This document shows, piece after piece, positions 18,967 through 29,311 of a stretch of DNA of 64,000 bases (position 1 is its first letter; every line of letters begins with the position of its first letter). Location of the stretch: IMG/VR virus record IMGVR_UViG_3300046167_000876, one strand, 5' to 3'. The notes beneath the pieces are model-generated. The model saw only the letters and a list, made by a program, of their open reading frames with translations, was not told where the DNA came from and ran no database searches. The stretch is from a virus. Made by a program: the position numbers and the translations under genes.

Positions 18967-18968
18967 AT

Positions 18969-19598
18969 ATGAAAATAAGTTATGCAATAACCGTATGTGA
19001 TGAGTTTCTTGAAATACAAAAACTTCTCTCACTATTATTAAATAATAAAAGACAACAGGATGAAATTGTAGTATTAGTTGATTTAAGTAAAAATGAACCT
19101 ACATCTGAACTTTTAAGTTATCTTCATGAACTAAGTTCTGAAGATTGTATTAAGTTAGTTGAAGACAATTTTAAAGGACATTTTGCTAATTGGAAGAATT
19201 TATTAACTAATCATTGTTCTGGAGATTTTATATTTCAAATAGATGCTGATGAAACCCCCCATGAAGTATTATTAGGTTATCTTCCTGAAATATTAGGAAA
19301 TAATCCTAATAATGAAGTATATTTAGTTCCTAGAGTTAATACTGTAGAAGGATTAACAGATGAACATATTAAAAAATGGGGATGGAGAGTTAACGATGCC
19401 GGTTGGGTAAATTGGCCTGATTATCAATGGCGTATTTGGAAAAATAAACCAGAAATTAAATGGGTAAATAAAGTACATGAAAAACTAGAAGGTTTTAAAA
19501 CATATGCTACCATTCCTTTAACTGAACAATTATCTTTATACCACCCTAAAAATATTAATCGTCAAGAAAAACAAAACGCTTATTACGATACATTATGA
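18969..19598 (+). CDS. glycosyltransferase family 2
   Basis: ISYAITV, QIDADE (DxD), WPDYQWR, KVHE. Confidence 0.85.
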   Translation: MKISYAITVCDEFLEIQKLLSLLLNNKRQQDEIVVLVDLSKNEPTSELLSYLHELSSEDCIKLVEDNFKGHFANWKNLLTNHCSGDFIFQIDADETPHEVLLGYLPEILGNNPNNEVYLVPRVNTVEGLTDEHIKKWGWRVNDAGWVNWPDYQWRIWKNKPEIKWVNKVHEKLEGFKTYATIPLTEQLSLYHPKNINRQEKQNAYYDTL

Positions 19599-20470
19599 AA
19601 ATATTATATGTAACAAATCATAATGATATTTTTGATTTTACTAAAGGGGTTATTAATGATTACCAAAATGATTTAGTATTTCATGGTTTAAGAGAATTAT
19701 TTGGAGATGATGTTGTAGATAGTACACAAATAATATCTTTATATAAAGAATTTGAAGGTAAGATTTTGCCTCAAAACTTATGGGGACGTATGACTCTTTT
19801 TTGGTTAATAGGTGATAATAATATAGATAGAACTAATATTGAAGATAAAATTAAAGATAAATATTATGATTTAATTATTTATGGGTCAATTAAACGTTGT
19901 AGAAATTATTATAATCTAGTTTCTAAAGTATACCCACCTGATAGAGTTATACTAATTGATGGAAATGATGAAGAAACTTTAGATCCTTTACATACTAAAC
20001 ATCTATATTTTAAAAGAGAATTTTTACCTGGCTATGAACATAAAAATATCCATCCTATAACTTTTGGTATTCCTTCTTCTAAAATAGCCAAATTGCCTAT
20101 AACAAAAACACAACAATATGCAACTAACATCCCAGGTAAACCTGAAACTTATATTTTTAAAGATGAAAAAAGTTACTATGAAGATTACCAAAAATCATAT
20201 TATGGAGTAACTACTAAAAAAGCAGGATGGGATTGTATGAGACACTATGAGATATTAGGTAATTATTGTATGCCTTATTTTCCAGAATTAGAAAAATGTC
20301 CTAAGAATACTTTATCTTTACTACCAAAAGAATTACTTATAGAAGGAAGAGAGTTAACGAAAAATTTTAATATTGAAAGATATTATAATATTTTAGATGA
20401 ACTATTTGATTATACTAAACAAAATCTTACTACAAAAAATGTAGCTGAGTATATATTATCTAAAATATGA
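19595..20470 (+). CDS. putative glycosyltransferase-like protein
   Basis: IDGND, YFKRE, KKAGWDCMRHYEILGNYCMPYF resemble GT47/exostosin-like C-termini; cluster context. Confidence 0.55.
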   Translation: MKILYVTNHNDIFDFTKGVINDYQNDLVFHGLRELFGDDVVDSTQIISLYKEFEGKILPQNLWGRMTLFWLIGDNNIDRTNIEDKIKDKYYDLIIYGSIKRCRNYYNLVSKVYPPDRVILIDGNDEETLDPLHTKHLYFKREFLPGYEHKNIHPITFGIPSSKIAKLPITKTQQYATNIPGKPETYIFKDEKSYYEDYQKSYYGVTTKKAGWDCMRHYEILGNYCMPYFPELEKCPKNTLSLLPKELLIEGRELTKNFNIERYYNILDELFDYTKQNLTTKNVAEYILSKI

Positions 20471-21258
20471 TATTAAAGGAAATTATAAATAAATCATATT
20501 ATGGTACCTGTAATTATATTGGTAATCTTAATGATCTTAAAAGATTAGAACAACTTATTTTATATAATTTTAATGTACTAAAAGAATATAAAGGTATTAT
20601 AGTAGCCACTAACTATGGAAATCTAGATTTATCCTCCCAAAATTCAGAAATGTGGTTAAAGTATTTCCCTAATTGTCATATAATTGATTTAAATGAAAAT
20701 AGAGGACATAATTTTGGGACTGCTGATTTAGACAATGTCTTATTTGATTATTGTAAACAAAATAATATAGAATGGTTATGTAAATCATCAGGAGATACTA
20801 TTTTAGAAATAGAAGTACTTAATAATAGAATTGAAGAAAGTGATTTTTATTACTTAAATGGAATTGGTTATGGTGGAATGGTTAAATATAATTTTAATTT
20901 AGATGTAATAATTAAAGAAGATTTTTATCCACAAACTAATTTTTATTTTATAAATGTATCAAAAACAGATTATTTAAATGATAAAGATTACATTAATAAA
21001 ACATATGACACTATTAAAAATAATTCTGAATATAATGGAAAAATTTGGGAATATTTTAGTGGGTGGAGTTGTGAAGATTTCTTAAAAAATTGTGTTATTA
21101 GAAATAATCTTTCCAAATTTCATTTGGTTACTCCAAAAAATTATCGTATATTACTTCAATATATAAAAGATTCTCAAATACATGACTGTAGTCATAAACA
21201 AATAATGATTGAAAATATTTGTCATTTACATGAGGGTAATAATATAATAAAACTTTAA
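20467..21258 (+). CDS. hypothetical protein, possible GT-A fold
   Basis: ENRGHNFG segment and position within the glycosylation cluster. Confidence 0.5.
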   Translation: MILKEIINKSYYGTCNYIGNLNDLKRLEQLILYNFNVLKEYKGIIVATNYGNLDLSSQNSEMWLKYFPNCHIIDLNENRGHNFGTADLDNVLFDYCKQNNIEWLCKSSGDTILEIEVLNNRIEESDFYYLNGIGYGGMVKYNFNLDVIIKEDFYPQTNFYFINVSKTDYLNDKDYINKTYDTIKNNSEYNGKIWEYFSGWSCEDFLKNCVIRNNLSKFHLVTPKNYRILLQYIKDSQIHDCSHKQIMIENICHLHEGNNIIKL

Positions 21259-21259
21259 T

Positions 21260-22412
21260 ATGAAACAAACAAAAAAAATTTGGTATGCTCCTTATAAGCA
21301 TGAAGCTTATGGTCAAGAAGAAATTGATGCCGTAGTTGAATCACTAAAATCAGGTTGGTTAGGAGGACAAGGTCCTAAATCAGTTGAATTTGAAGAAAAA
21401 ATTGCTAAAACATTTGGTAAAAAATATGGTGTATTTGTTAACTCGGGTTCATCAGCATGTTTATTAGCTATTGCTGCTTTAGACTTACCTAAAGGAACTA
21501 AAATTATTACACCTGCTTGTACATTTGCTACCACATTAGCTCCTATTATCCAATTAGGATATGTACCTGTATTTGTAGATGTAGATTTAACTACATATTG
21601 TGCAAATATAGATCAAGTTATAGCTAAAGTAACAGATGATACATCAGCAATTATGTTGCCAAATTTAATTGGTAATAAACCAGATTGGCCTAGACTTAAA
21701 AAGGCATTAGTTGATATGGGTAGAGAAGATATTTATTTAATTGAAGATTCAGCTGATACTTTAACTCAAACACCTGAAACAGATGTTGCCACTACTAGTT
21801 TTTACGCTTCACACGTTATTACAGCTGGTGGAGTAGGTGGAATGGTAATGTATAATGATAAAAAACATGTTACTAAATGTTTACAATATAGAGATTGGGG
21901 TAGATTAGGTGATGATTCTGAGATTATGGATGATAGATTTAATCATATAGTAGATGGGATTCCTTATGATCATAAATTTTTATATTCAGTATTAGGTTAT
22001 CATATGAAAGCTAGTGAAATGAATGCCGCATTTGGTATTGTTCAATTAGAAAGATTTGGTGTTAATAGTAAAATTAGAAGAGATAATGTTGAACGTTATT
22101 TAGAAAATTTAAAAGGGGTTGGGGATCTAATTTTACCTGATGATAGTATTAAACCTAATTGGTTAGCAATACCCTTACAAACAGAAAAAAGATTTGAATT
22201 ATTAAACTTTTTAGAGGAATAATAACATCCAAACTAGAGTAACATTTGCCGGTAATGTAACTAGACACCCAGTTTATCGTGAGTATTTAGAAGACTTTGA
22301 AAATTCAGATACTATTATGAAAAATGGATTTTTACTAGGAGCTCATCACGGGATGACTGTTGAAGATGTAGATATTGTATGTGATAAAGTTAAAGAATTT
22401 TTTAATAAATAG
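21260..22412 (+). CDS. DegT/DnrJ-family PLP enzyme, RfbH/ColD-like sugar 3-dehydratase; one extra base near 22219
   Basis: VNSGSSA, IEDSAD, SFYASHVITAG; continues in the +1 frame as NNIQTRVTFAGN...KVKEFFNK* to TAG 22410-22412. Confidence 0.8.
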
Positions 22413-23096
22413 ATGAAAGTAGCTATATTAGGGGATGGATTACTAGGAATAGAATTATCAAAACAAACTAATTGGGATATTATTAGTAGAAATTCTCATG
22501 GTCTTGATTTTAATGATATATCATCTTGGTATCAATATTTAGTTAAATATGATGTAATTATTAATTGTATAGCTAACACTGATTCATACTCCAAAGATAA
22601 AACCCAACATTGGAACATAAATTATAAATCAGTAGTAAGACTATGTAATTGGTGTAATGAATATGATAAAAAATTAGTACATATATCTACTGAATTTGTT
22701 TATGCTAATAATGAAAAACCACCTACAGAAGAAGATATTCCATCCCCTGATAATACTTGGTATGCTTATACTAAATTATTAGCAGATGAATATATTAAAC
22801 TTACTAGTTTTAATTATCTAATTTGTAGAGAATTACATAAACCAAATCCATTCCTATATGATGAGGTTTGGAAAGTCCAAACATCAGGAGATACAGTTGA
22901 TAAAATAGCTAATTTAATAATACAATTAATAAATAAAAATGCTAGTGGAGTTTTTAATGTTGGTACTGGGGATAAATGGTTAAAAGAACTTGCACCTAAA
23001 ACAAGTAAAGTAATACCACCTCCATTTAAAACCCCATTTGATACTAGAATGGACTTAACTAAACTTAATAACTTTTTAAATGAGAATAATATATAG
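22413..23096 (+). CDS. dTDP-4-dehydrorhamnose reductase-like (RmlD)
   Basis: GDGLLG, INCIANT, HISTEFVY, YAYTK. Confidence 0.75.
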   Translation: MKVAILGDGLLGIELSKQTNWDIISRNSHGLDFNDISSWYQYLVKYDVIINCIANTDSYSKDKTQHWNINYKSVVRLCNWCNEYDKKLVHISTEFVYANNEKPPTEEDIPSPDNTWYAYTKLLADEYIKLTSFNYLICRELHKPNPFLYDEVWKVQTSGDTVDKIANLIIQLINKNASGVFNVGTGDKWLKELAPKTSKVIPPPFKTPFDTRMDLTKLNNFLNENNI

Positions 23097-23775
23097 AATA
23101 TCAGATGCTGGTTATAATAAAGTCAAACCAGAATATATTAATAATGAAAATTGTTTAGCTAATGCTACTAAGGTATTTGATAATTCAACCTGGAGTGTTA
23201 TAGCAGATAATGTATCCCCAGATACTAATAATATGATTCAAAAATATGTAACACGTAATTGTATTTTATATGCTGAAAAAGGTAATGGGGCTGCAACATT
23301 TAATTTAGCATTGGATGAAGCCTTAACTTATGATGATGAAGAAATAATATATTTTATAGAGAATGATTATTTGCATAAACCTGAATCTGAAAAAATAATA
23401 GAAGAAGGATTTAAATTAGGAGCATCATTTGTATCATTATATGACCATCCAGATAAATACATTACACCTGAAAATGGTGGTAATCCTTATTGTCAAGGTG
23501 GAGCTGAAGACACAAGAGTATATTTAACTGATTCTTGCCATTGGAAAATAACTAATAGTACTACTATGACTTTTGCTGCTAAAGTAAAAACATTAAAAAA
23601 AGTAGAACCTACACTTAGAGCTTATACTACTGGAACCTACCCTCAGGATTTTAAAATGTTTTTGGATTTAAGAAAACAAGGACATTTGTTAGTAACACCT
23701 TTACCTGGATATTCTACTCATGGAGAAACTGCTTGGTTAACTCCTTTAACTAAATGGGAACAATATATAAAATGA
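23080..23775 (+). CDS. putative glycosyltransferase (GT-A-like)
   Basis: YFIENDYLH, YDHPDKY, STTMTF motifs; cluster context. Confidence 0.6.
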   Translation: MRIIYRISDAGYNKVKPEYINNENCLANATKVFDNSTWSVIADNVSPDTNNMIQKYVTRNCILYAEKGNGAATFNLALDEALTYDDEEIIYFIENDYLHKPESEKIIEEGFKLGASFVSLYDHPDKYITPENGGNPYCQGGAEDTRVYLTDSCHWKITNSTTMTFAAKVKTLKKVEPTLRAYTTGTYPQDFKMFLDLRKQGHLLVTPLPGYSTHGETAWLTPLTKWEQYIK

Positions 23776-24536
23776 TAACAGTAGTAATTACAACATATAA
23801 AGAACCTAAGGCATTAGATATTTGTTTACAATCCGCTATTAAAGGACAAGTCCACGATAATCAGATTATTGTAGTAGTAGATGGTTATTATGACTTAAAT
23901 AAAGAAGTACTAGATAAATATAAGGATAAAATAAATACCCTTAATTTAGAAAATAATTTAGGAATGATTAAGGCCATGAATTTAGGTCATTATAATGCCC
24001 ATCATGATTTGGTATTTCATGTTCAAGATGATAATGTATTTCCAAATAAATGGGATGAAAAATTATTAGAACATTATAAAGAAGGATCAGTTTTAACCCC
24101 AAACCAAATAGAACCTAATCCAAGTATGTTTCCTCAATTTAGTATAAAAGATTTAGGAACGGATTTAAATAACTTTAATTTATCTTCATTTTGGGATTAC
24201 AATGAATTAATATCTAAAAATGAATTTGATGAATGTGGTTCAACTTTCCCTTTCTTAATATCTAAATCTGATTATCTAAAAATAGGTGGATTTGATGAAT
24301 CATACCCAGGACCTTGGGTTGTTGATTGGGAATTTTTTATGAAATGTCAAATGAATGGATTAAAAATGATTAGAACTTATAACTGCCATTTTTACCATTT
24401 TGTATCATTAGGGACAAAATCACAAGAACAATTAGAGGAAGCAAAACAAAAAGAAAATTTATGTCATAAATTTGCCTTATACAAATGGGGTTCGTATATT
24501 AAACATAACCCCCAAAATAATTTAAAATATATTTAA
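23754..24536 (+). CDS. glycosyltransferase family 2
   Basis: VVITTY, VVVDG, QDD, IGGFDE, DWEF; likely start ATG 23772. Confidence 0.85.
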   Translation: MGTIYKMITVVITTYKEPKALDICLQSAIKGQVHDNQIIVVVDGYYDLNKEVLDKYKDKINTLNLENNLGMIKAMNLGHYNAHHDLVFHVQDDNVFPNKWDEKLLEHYKEGSVLTPNQIEPNPSMFPQFSIKDLGTDLNNFNLSSFWDYNELISKNEFDECGSTFPFLISKSDYLKIGGFDESYPGPWVVDWEFFMKCQMNGLKMIRTYNCHFYHFVSLGTKSQEQLEEAKQKENLCHKFALYKWGSYIKHNPQNNLKYI

Positions 24537-24977
24537 ATGAAAAAATATAAATTAGGTTTTACTGCTGGTAATTTTGATTTACTTCATCCCGGTTATATTT
24601 ACACATTTGAAGAGGCAAAACGTCATTGCGAAAAATTTATAGTATTTTTACAAAGAGATCCTTCATTGCATAGAAAATCCAAGTATAAACCTGTAATTCC
24701 ATCTTGGGATAGATATAAAGCATTAATGTCAATTCAACACATTGATGAAGTTTATATGTATCAGACTGAAGATGAATTACTTGATTTAATTAAAATATTT
24801 AAACCTGATCTAAGGATTTTAGGTGAGGATTATTTAGGTAAATCCTTTACAGGAGACGATTTACCTATTAAAATATTGTATACTTCTAGATCACATGGTT
24901 GGTCAACAACTAAATTAAAAGATTTAATTACTAAACAAACCATTAAACAAAACCCAGACATGTTAAATGAAAAATAA
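24537..24977 (+). CDS. cytidylyltransferase (TagD/RfaE-II-like)
   Basis: AGNFDLLHPGY (HxGH variant), LGEDY, RSHGWSTT. Confidence 0.8.
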   Translation: MKKYKLGFTAGNFDLLHPGYIYTFEEAKRHCEKFIVFLQRDPSLHRKSKYKPVIPSWDRYKALMSIQHIDEVYMYQTEDELLDLIKIFKPDLRILGEDYLGKSFTGDDLPIKILYTSRSHGWSTTKLKDLITKQTIKQNPDMLNEK

Positions 24978-25413
24978 TATACCAGTTTTTACTGATGTTA
25001 GAGGTGATTTTATTCCTTATGACTTAAAAGGTTGGGATCAGATGAATATTAGTATCAACGAAGCTAGATATACATTCAGAGGTCTACATTATCAAATTAA
25101 CCCTCGACAAACTAAGTTAGTTAAAGTTATTCAAGGAAAAGTTTTAGATATTATATATGACTTAAATTCTTCTAATATTGAATTTTATAAGTTAGATAAA
25201 AATAATGATTTGTATATAACAGATAATTATGCTCATGGTTTTTTAACATTAGAACCTAATACTATATTTACTTATCTAGTTAAAGGGGAATACAATCCTA
25301 AAGAGGAGTATAGTATTGTTTGGGATAAAATCCCAGAGGTAAAATCCATTATTGAACATTATACCACAGCAGATAGATTAACAATTTCAGAAAAAGATAA
25401 ATTAGGAAAATGA
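24967..25413 (+). CDS. rmlC: dTDP-4-dehydrorhamnose 3,5-epimerase
   Basis: FTDVRG, RGLHYQ, QTKLV, AHGFLTL, ISEKD. Confidence 0.85.
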   Translation: MKNNIPVFTDVRGDFIPYDLKGWDQMNISINEARYTFRGLHYQINPRQTKLVKVIQGKVLDIIYDLNSSNIEFYKLDKNNDLYITDNYAHGFLTLEPNTIFTYLVKGEYNPKEEYSIVWDKIPEVKSIIEHYTTADRLTISEKDKLGK

Positions 25414-26300
25414 GAATAGTAATTACAGGAGCATTTGGATTTATTGGATCACATTTTGCAAAATGGGTATTTAATTTAGATGACGATATTAAAATATTAG
25501 TGGTAGATAATTGTACTTATGCAGCCAATAGAGATAATTTAAAGGGTATTACTTATGAATGGTTAAATAAAGATATTTGTGATGTAACAGCTGAAGATTT
25601 AGGAGAATATGATTATTTAATTAATTTTGCAGCTGAATCCCATGTTGATAATTCAATTAAAGATGGAAGACCATTTGTTAGAACAAATGTAGAAGGTACA
25701 TTCAATTTATTAGAAGTAGCAAGACAAAACCCAGATTTAAAGAAATTTATCCAAATATCAACAGATGAAGTTTATGGGGATATGGATGATTATGGTCCTG
25801 GTGTTTTAGCTGATGAAAAATTTAGTTTAATTGGGTCATCATATTATTCATCAACTAAGGCGTCTGCCGATTTATTAGTTCAAGCAGCAGGTAGAACGTA
25901 TAAGTTACCATATTTAATAACACGTACGTGTAATAATTATGGTAAAAACCAACATCAAGAAAAATTATTGCCTACAATAATAAATTGTGTTAAAAATAAT
26001 CTTAAAATTCCTATCTATGGAGATGGTCAAAATATAAGAGAATGGATACATGCTGATGATAATTCAATGATAATATTCAATTTATTAAATTCAGATAAAA
26101 CAGGAGTACATAACATAGGTTCAGGTGAAAGATATACTAATTTACAAATAATTGAAACTATAGAAAAAATATTAGGTTATCAATTAGATTTAAAGTTTGT
26201 AGAAGATAGAAAAGGCCATGATAGAGCTTATGGTTTATTAACTAATTATACACCTGTATTACAAAATAACTTGACAAAATATTTAACAGAACAATTATGA
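25410..26300 (+). CDS. rmlB: dTDP-glucose 4,6-dehydratase
   Basis: GFIGS, FAAESHVDNSI, ISTDEVYG, YSSTKA, NNYG, REWIH, DRKGHDRAY. Confidence 0.92.
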   Translation: MRIVITGAFGFIGSHFAKWVFNLDDDIKILVVDNCTYAANRDNLKGITYEWLNKDICDVTAEDLGEYDYLINFAAESHVDNSIKDGRPFVRTNVEGTFNLLEVARQNPDLKKFIQISTDEVYGDMDDYGPGVLADEKFSLIGSSYYSSTKASADLLVQAAGRTYKLPYLITRTCNNYGKNQHQEKLLPTIINCVKNNLKIPIYGDGQNIREWIHADDNSMIIFNLLNSDKTGVHNIGSGERYTNLQIIETIEKILGYQLDLKFVEDRKGHDRAYGLLTNYTPVLQNNLTKYLTEQL

Positions 26301-27127
26301 AAATAGGAATTATAGGACAAGGATTTGTAGGTAATGCTATATACCAAAAGTTTAAAAATTATTATAATGTAATAACTTATGATTTAAAACCAAATTTATG
26401 TAATTCTACATTTGAAGAAGTAGCTAAACAATTAGTTATATTTGTTTGTCTTCCTACTCCAATGAATATGGATGGAAGTTGTAATATTGATTTAATTGAA
26501 AAAACTCTTTTAAAAATATCTCAATCTCCATCTCCAAATTTATTTAGAACAATAGTAATTAAATCAACAATCCCCCCAGGTACAACTGATAAATTAAATG
26601 CTAAATATGATAATCTTCATATTATGTTTAATCCTGAATTTTTAACTGAAGCTAATGCTATAGAAGACTTTAATAATCAAAATAGAATAATTTTAGGAGG
26701 TCATAAAGATGTTACATCCTACCTTAAAACTATATACATTAAAGTATTTCCACAAGCACGTATAATTAAAACTGATTCAACTCATGCAGAAATGGTAAAG
26801 TATCTAATAAATACATTTCTTTCAACCAAAGTATCTTTTGCAAATGAGATGTACGAAATAAGTAAATCATTAGGTATTGATTATGATAAGGTTATTGAGT
26901 ATGCAACATTAGATGATAGATTAGGAAAATCACATTGGAATGTACCAGGACCAGATGGGGATTTTGGATTTGGTGGACATTGTTTTCCAAAAGACCTCCA
27001 GGCATTGATATCATTAGCACACGATTTAAATGTATCCCCAAGAATATTAACAGCAGTTGATTGTAAAAACAATGATGTTAGAAAAAACAAAGATTGGAAA
27101 CAAATGAGAGGGAGAGCTGTAATATAG
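26297..27127 (+). CDS. UDP-glucose/GDP-mannose dehydrogenase family (short form lacking the C-terminal domain)
   Basis: GQGFVG, CLPTP, KSTIPPGTT, NPEFL, AEMVKY, GFGGHCFPKD. Confidence 0.88.
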   Translation: MKIGIIGQGFVGNAIYQKFKNYYNVITYDLKPNLCNSTFEEVAKQLVIFVCLPTPMNMDGSCNIDLIEKTLLKISQSPSPNLFRTIVIKSTIPPGTTDKLNAKYDNLHIMFNPEFLTEANAIEDFNNQNRIILGGHKDVTSYLKTIYIKVFPQARIIKTDSTHAEMVKYLINTFLSTKVSFANEMYEISKSLGIDYDKVIEYATLDDRLGKSHWNVPGPDGDFGFGGHCFPKDLQALISLAHDLNVSPRILTAVDCKNNDVRKNKDWKQMRGRAVI

Positions 27128-27158
27128 TTGTTTACCTAATCTCTTTTTCATATATTTA
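27127..27158 (+). promoter_or_regulatory. -33/-7 promoter
   Basis: GTTG-N20-TATATTTA. Confidence 0.5.
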
Positions 27159-27189
27159 TATATTGCAATTTAAATTTAAATAATAGTTA

Positions 27190-27336
27190 ATGACAACAAC
27201 TCAACAATCAAACAATGGGCAAACTCAAGTCAATAGTACTAGAGAAACGTTCAATGCAAAGGTATCCCGATTAAGTATGTTAGGGAGATCTAAAAAAGTT
27301 GCCTGGGACAATGTAAGAAGAAACAGGTCAATTTAA
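27190..27336 (+). CDS. small hypothetical protein (48 aa), not in ORF track
   Basis: MTTTQQSNNGQ...RRNRSI* downstream of a promoter motif. Confidence 0.55.
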   Translation: MTTTQQSNNGQTQVNSTRETFNAKVSRLSMLGRSKKVAWDNVRRNRSI

Positions 27337-27356
27337 CACTTAAAAAGTAATAAAAA

Positions 27357-27608
27357 ATGAAAATGATTCCTTGTATTAAATGTAAGGCAGATATGCCTGA
27401 ATTAAGGTTAACTCAATATGGTTATAAAGTATGTGTTAATTGTTCTAGTGTAAGCACTAAACGTGGCATCCCAGTAACAAGGGGTTCAGGTGATCATACT
27501 TGGACTGAAACCGTAATAATGGAAGAAGATCAATATCAGTCTTTTGTAAACTCAACTTCTAAAGAAAGAGGTAGCAGTGGTGATACAGTAACCTTTAAAT
27601 TAAATTAA
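27357..27608 (+). CDS. DksA/TraR-type C4 zinc finger protein
   Basis: CIKC..MPELRL......CVNC. Confidence 0.6.
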   Translation: MKMIPCIKCKADMPELRLTQYGYKVCVNCSSVSTKRGIPVTRGSGDHTWTETVIMEEDQYQSFVNSTSKERGSSGDTVTFKLN

Positions 27609-28225
27609 TGCCTAAGGCAAAACCTTTATCTAAAGAACAAATAGTAGCGGCTCAAGCGAAAACAAAATCTAATATGGCTGCTGCTCGTTATCTTCATGTG
27701 TCATATCAACACTATAAGAAGTGGGCTAAGTTATATAAATTATTTGATGGACATAAAAATCAAAGTGGTAAAGGTATACCTAAGTTTTTAAAGGGGCCTA
27801 AAAAAATGCCTCATATGTTAGAAATAATTGAGGGTAGGATAGCTGCATCTTCATTTGATCCAAATAAACTTAAATATGCTCTAATAGAACAGGGATATTT
27901 ATCAGAGGAATGTTCTATATGTTCATTTAAAGAAAGAAGGGTATTAGATTACAAGATTCCTTTATTACTTCATTTCAAAGATAATAATAGTAATAATTAT
28001 AGTTTAGATAATGTACAGTTATTATGTTATAATCATTATTTTCTAACTGTAGGAGATGTTTTTAATGCTAAAGATGTAAAACAAATTGAATCAAAACAAG
28101 AACATTTTGGTACAAGTGAAAAAGTAGAATGGGAAGTTGATGATTATCATTTACAACGTTTAAAAGAATTAGGATTAGGAGATGATGATGAAGATGATAT
28201 TAATCAATATATTTCAAGAATATGA
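27608..28225 (+). CDS. HTH plus HNH-like domain protein
   Basis: SNMAAARYLHVSYQHYKKW (HTH); CSIC...LHFKDNNSNNYSLDNVQLLCYNH (HNH-like). Confidence 0.7.
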   Translation: MPKAKPLSKEQIVAAQAKTKSNMAAARYLHVSYQHYKKWAKLYKLFDGHKNQSGKGIPKFLKGPKKMPHMLEIIEGRIAASSFDPNKLKYALIEQGYLSEECSICSFKERRVLDYKIPLLLHFKDNNSNNYSLDNVQLLCYNHYFLTVGDVFNAKDVKQIESKQEHFGTSEKVEWEVDDYHLQRLKELGLGDDDEDDINQYISRI

Positions 28226-28401
28226 AAAAATCTAGACGAGCTAAATCATTAGAAAAAAAACATCATAAAATTACTAAGGATTACGATAAACAAAAAGAAC
28301 GTCATTTAGAAAAACTTGCATCAAAAACTTTGGCTAATGACGAAAAGTTTCGTAAATTACATGATAAGAAAATCAAGGGTGATTTCTTAAAAAATTTTTA
28401 A
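28222..28401 (+). CDS. small basic hypothetical protein (59 aa), not in ORF track
   Basis: MKKSRRAKSL...DFLKNF*; ATGA overlap. Confidence 0.6.
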   Translation: MKKSRRAKSLEKKHHKITKDYDKQKERHLEKLASKTLANDEKFRKLHDKKIKGDFLKNF

Positions 28402-28403
28402 TT

Positions 28404-28709
28404 ATGGAATTTGCACACAAATGGGAATTTGATAGTGAAGATGAATTAAATAATATCTTTACTGACGGTAAAAAAGAATTAAATGATCTAATTGTAGATA
28501 TAGCATTAGATAATTTGCATACTAAAATTAATGATATACCTGTACTATCAATCTATACTAAAGATACAGATATGTTTTATGATATTATGATTGAACGTCC
28601 TGATATGGTAGAAACATTAGAACAAAATCTTACAGCAATGGAGGAATATGAGGATTATGAACGTTGTTCTAAGATTATTAAAGCAATAGATTATCTTAAA
28701 AATCAATAA
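28404..28709 (+). CDS. hypothetical protein with C-terminal E[D/E]YE.C..I (UVR-like) motif
   Basis: EEYEDYERCSKI; same motif in 45245..45679. Confidence 0.65.
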   Translation: MEFAHKWEFDSEDELNNIFTDGKKELNDLIVDIALDNLHTKINDIPVLSIYTKDTDMFYDIMIERPDMVETLEQNLTAMEEYEDYERCSKIIKAIDYLKNQ

Positions 28710-28710
28710 T

Positions 28711-29298
28711 ATGAAAACTACGTTAAAAATTGGAATTATAGGAATATCAATTTTTTTACTAGCATTTAAAGATTATAGAGAAAAACTACTCCCAGTTACT
28801 CCAGTATTAGATTTACCCGTTAAAGGTATAAATAATATTGAAGTTACACCATTAACGGTACCTCATATTGAATTAAAATCAAATTCCCATGAAGAATTTT
28901 TAAAAGCTATTGGATTTAAAGAATCAGGTAATAGATATGATGTTGTAAATCGTTTTGGTTATATGGGTAAATATCAATTTGGAAAACGAACACTCAGAGG
29001 TTTAGGATTTAAAGTAAGTAAAGAAGAATTTTTAAATTCCCCTGAAATTCAAGAAGCTGCTATGAGAAAATTACTCCAAACTAATAAAAAATATTTACAA
29101 AAATATATAGATGAGTTTGAGGGAAAAGTAGTAAATGATATTCTAGTAACAGAATCAGGATTATTAGCTGCTGCACATTTAGGAGGTGCTGGGAGTGTTA
29201 AAAAATGGTTCCGTACTGGTAAAGTTAAAAAAGATGGTAATGGAGTTAAAATAACTACATATATGGAGCGTTTTTCTGGATATGATTTATATTTATAA
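28711..29298 (+). CDS. lysozyme-like/lytic transglycosylase with N-terminal signal anchor (candidate endolysin)
   Basis: Hydrophobic N-terminus; FKESG catalytic Glu, GKYQF, LAAAHLGG. Confidence 0.7.
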   Translation: MKTTLKIGIIGISIFLLAFKDYREKLLPVTPVLDLPVKGINNIEVTPLTVPHIELKSNSHEEFLKAIGFKESGNRYDVVNRFGYMGKYQFGKRTLRGLGFKVSKEEFLNSPEIQEAAMRKLLQTNKKYLQKYIDEFEGKVVNDILVTESGLLAAAHLGGAGSVKKWFRTGKVKKDGNGVKITTYMERFSGYDLYL

Positions 29299-29311
29299 GC
29301 AAAAATAGATT

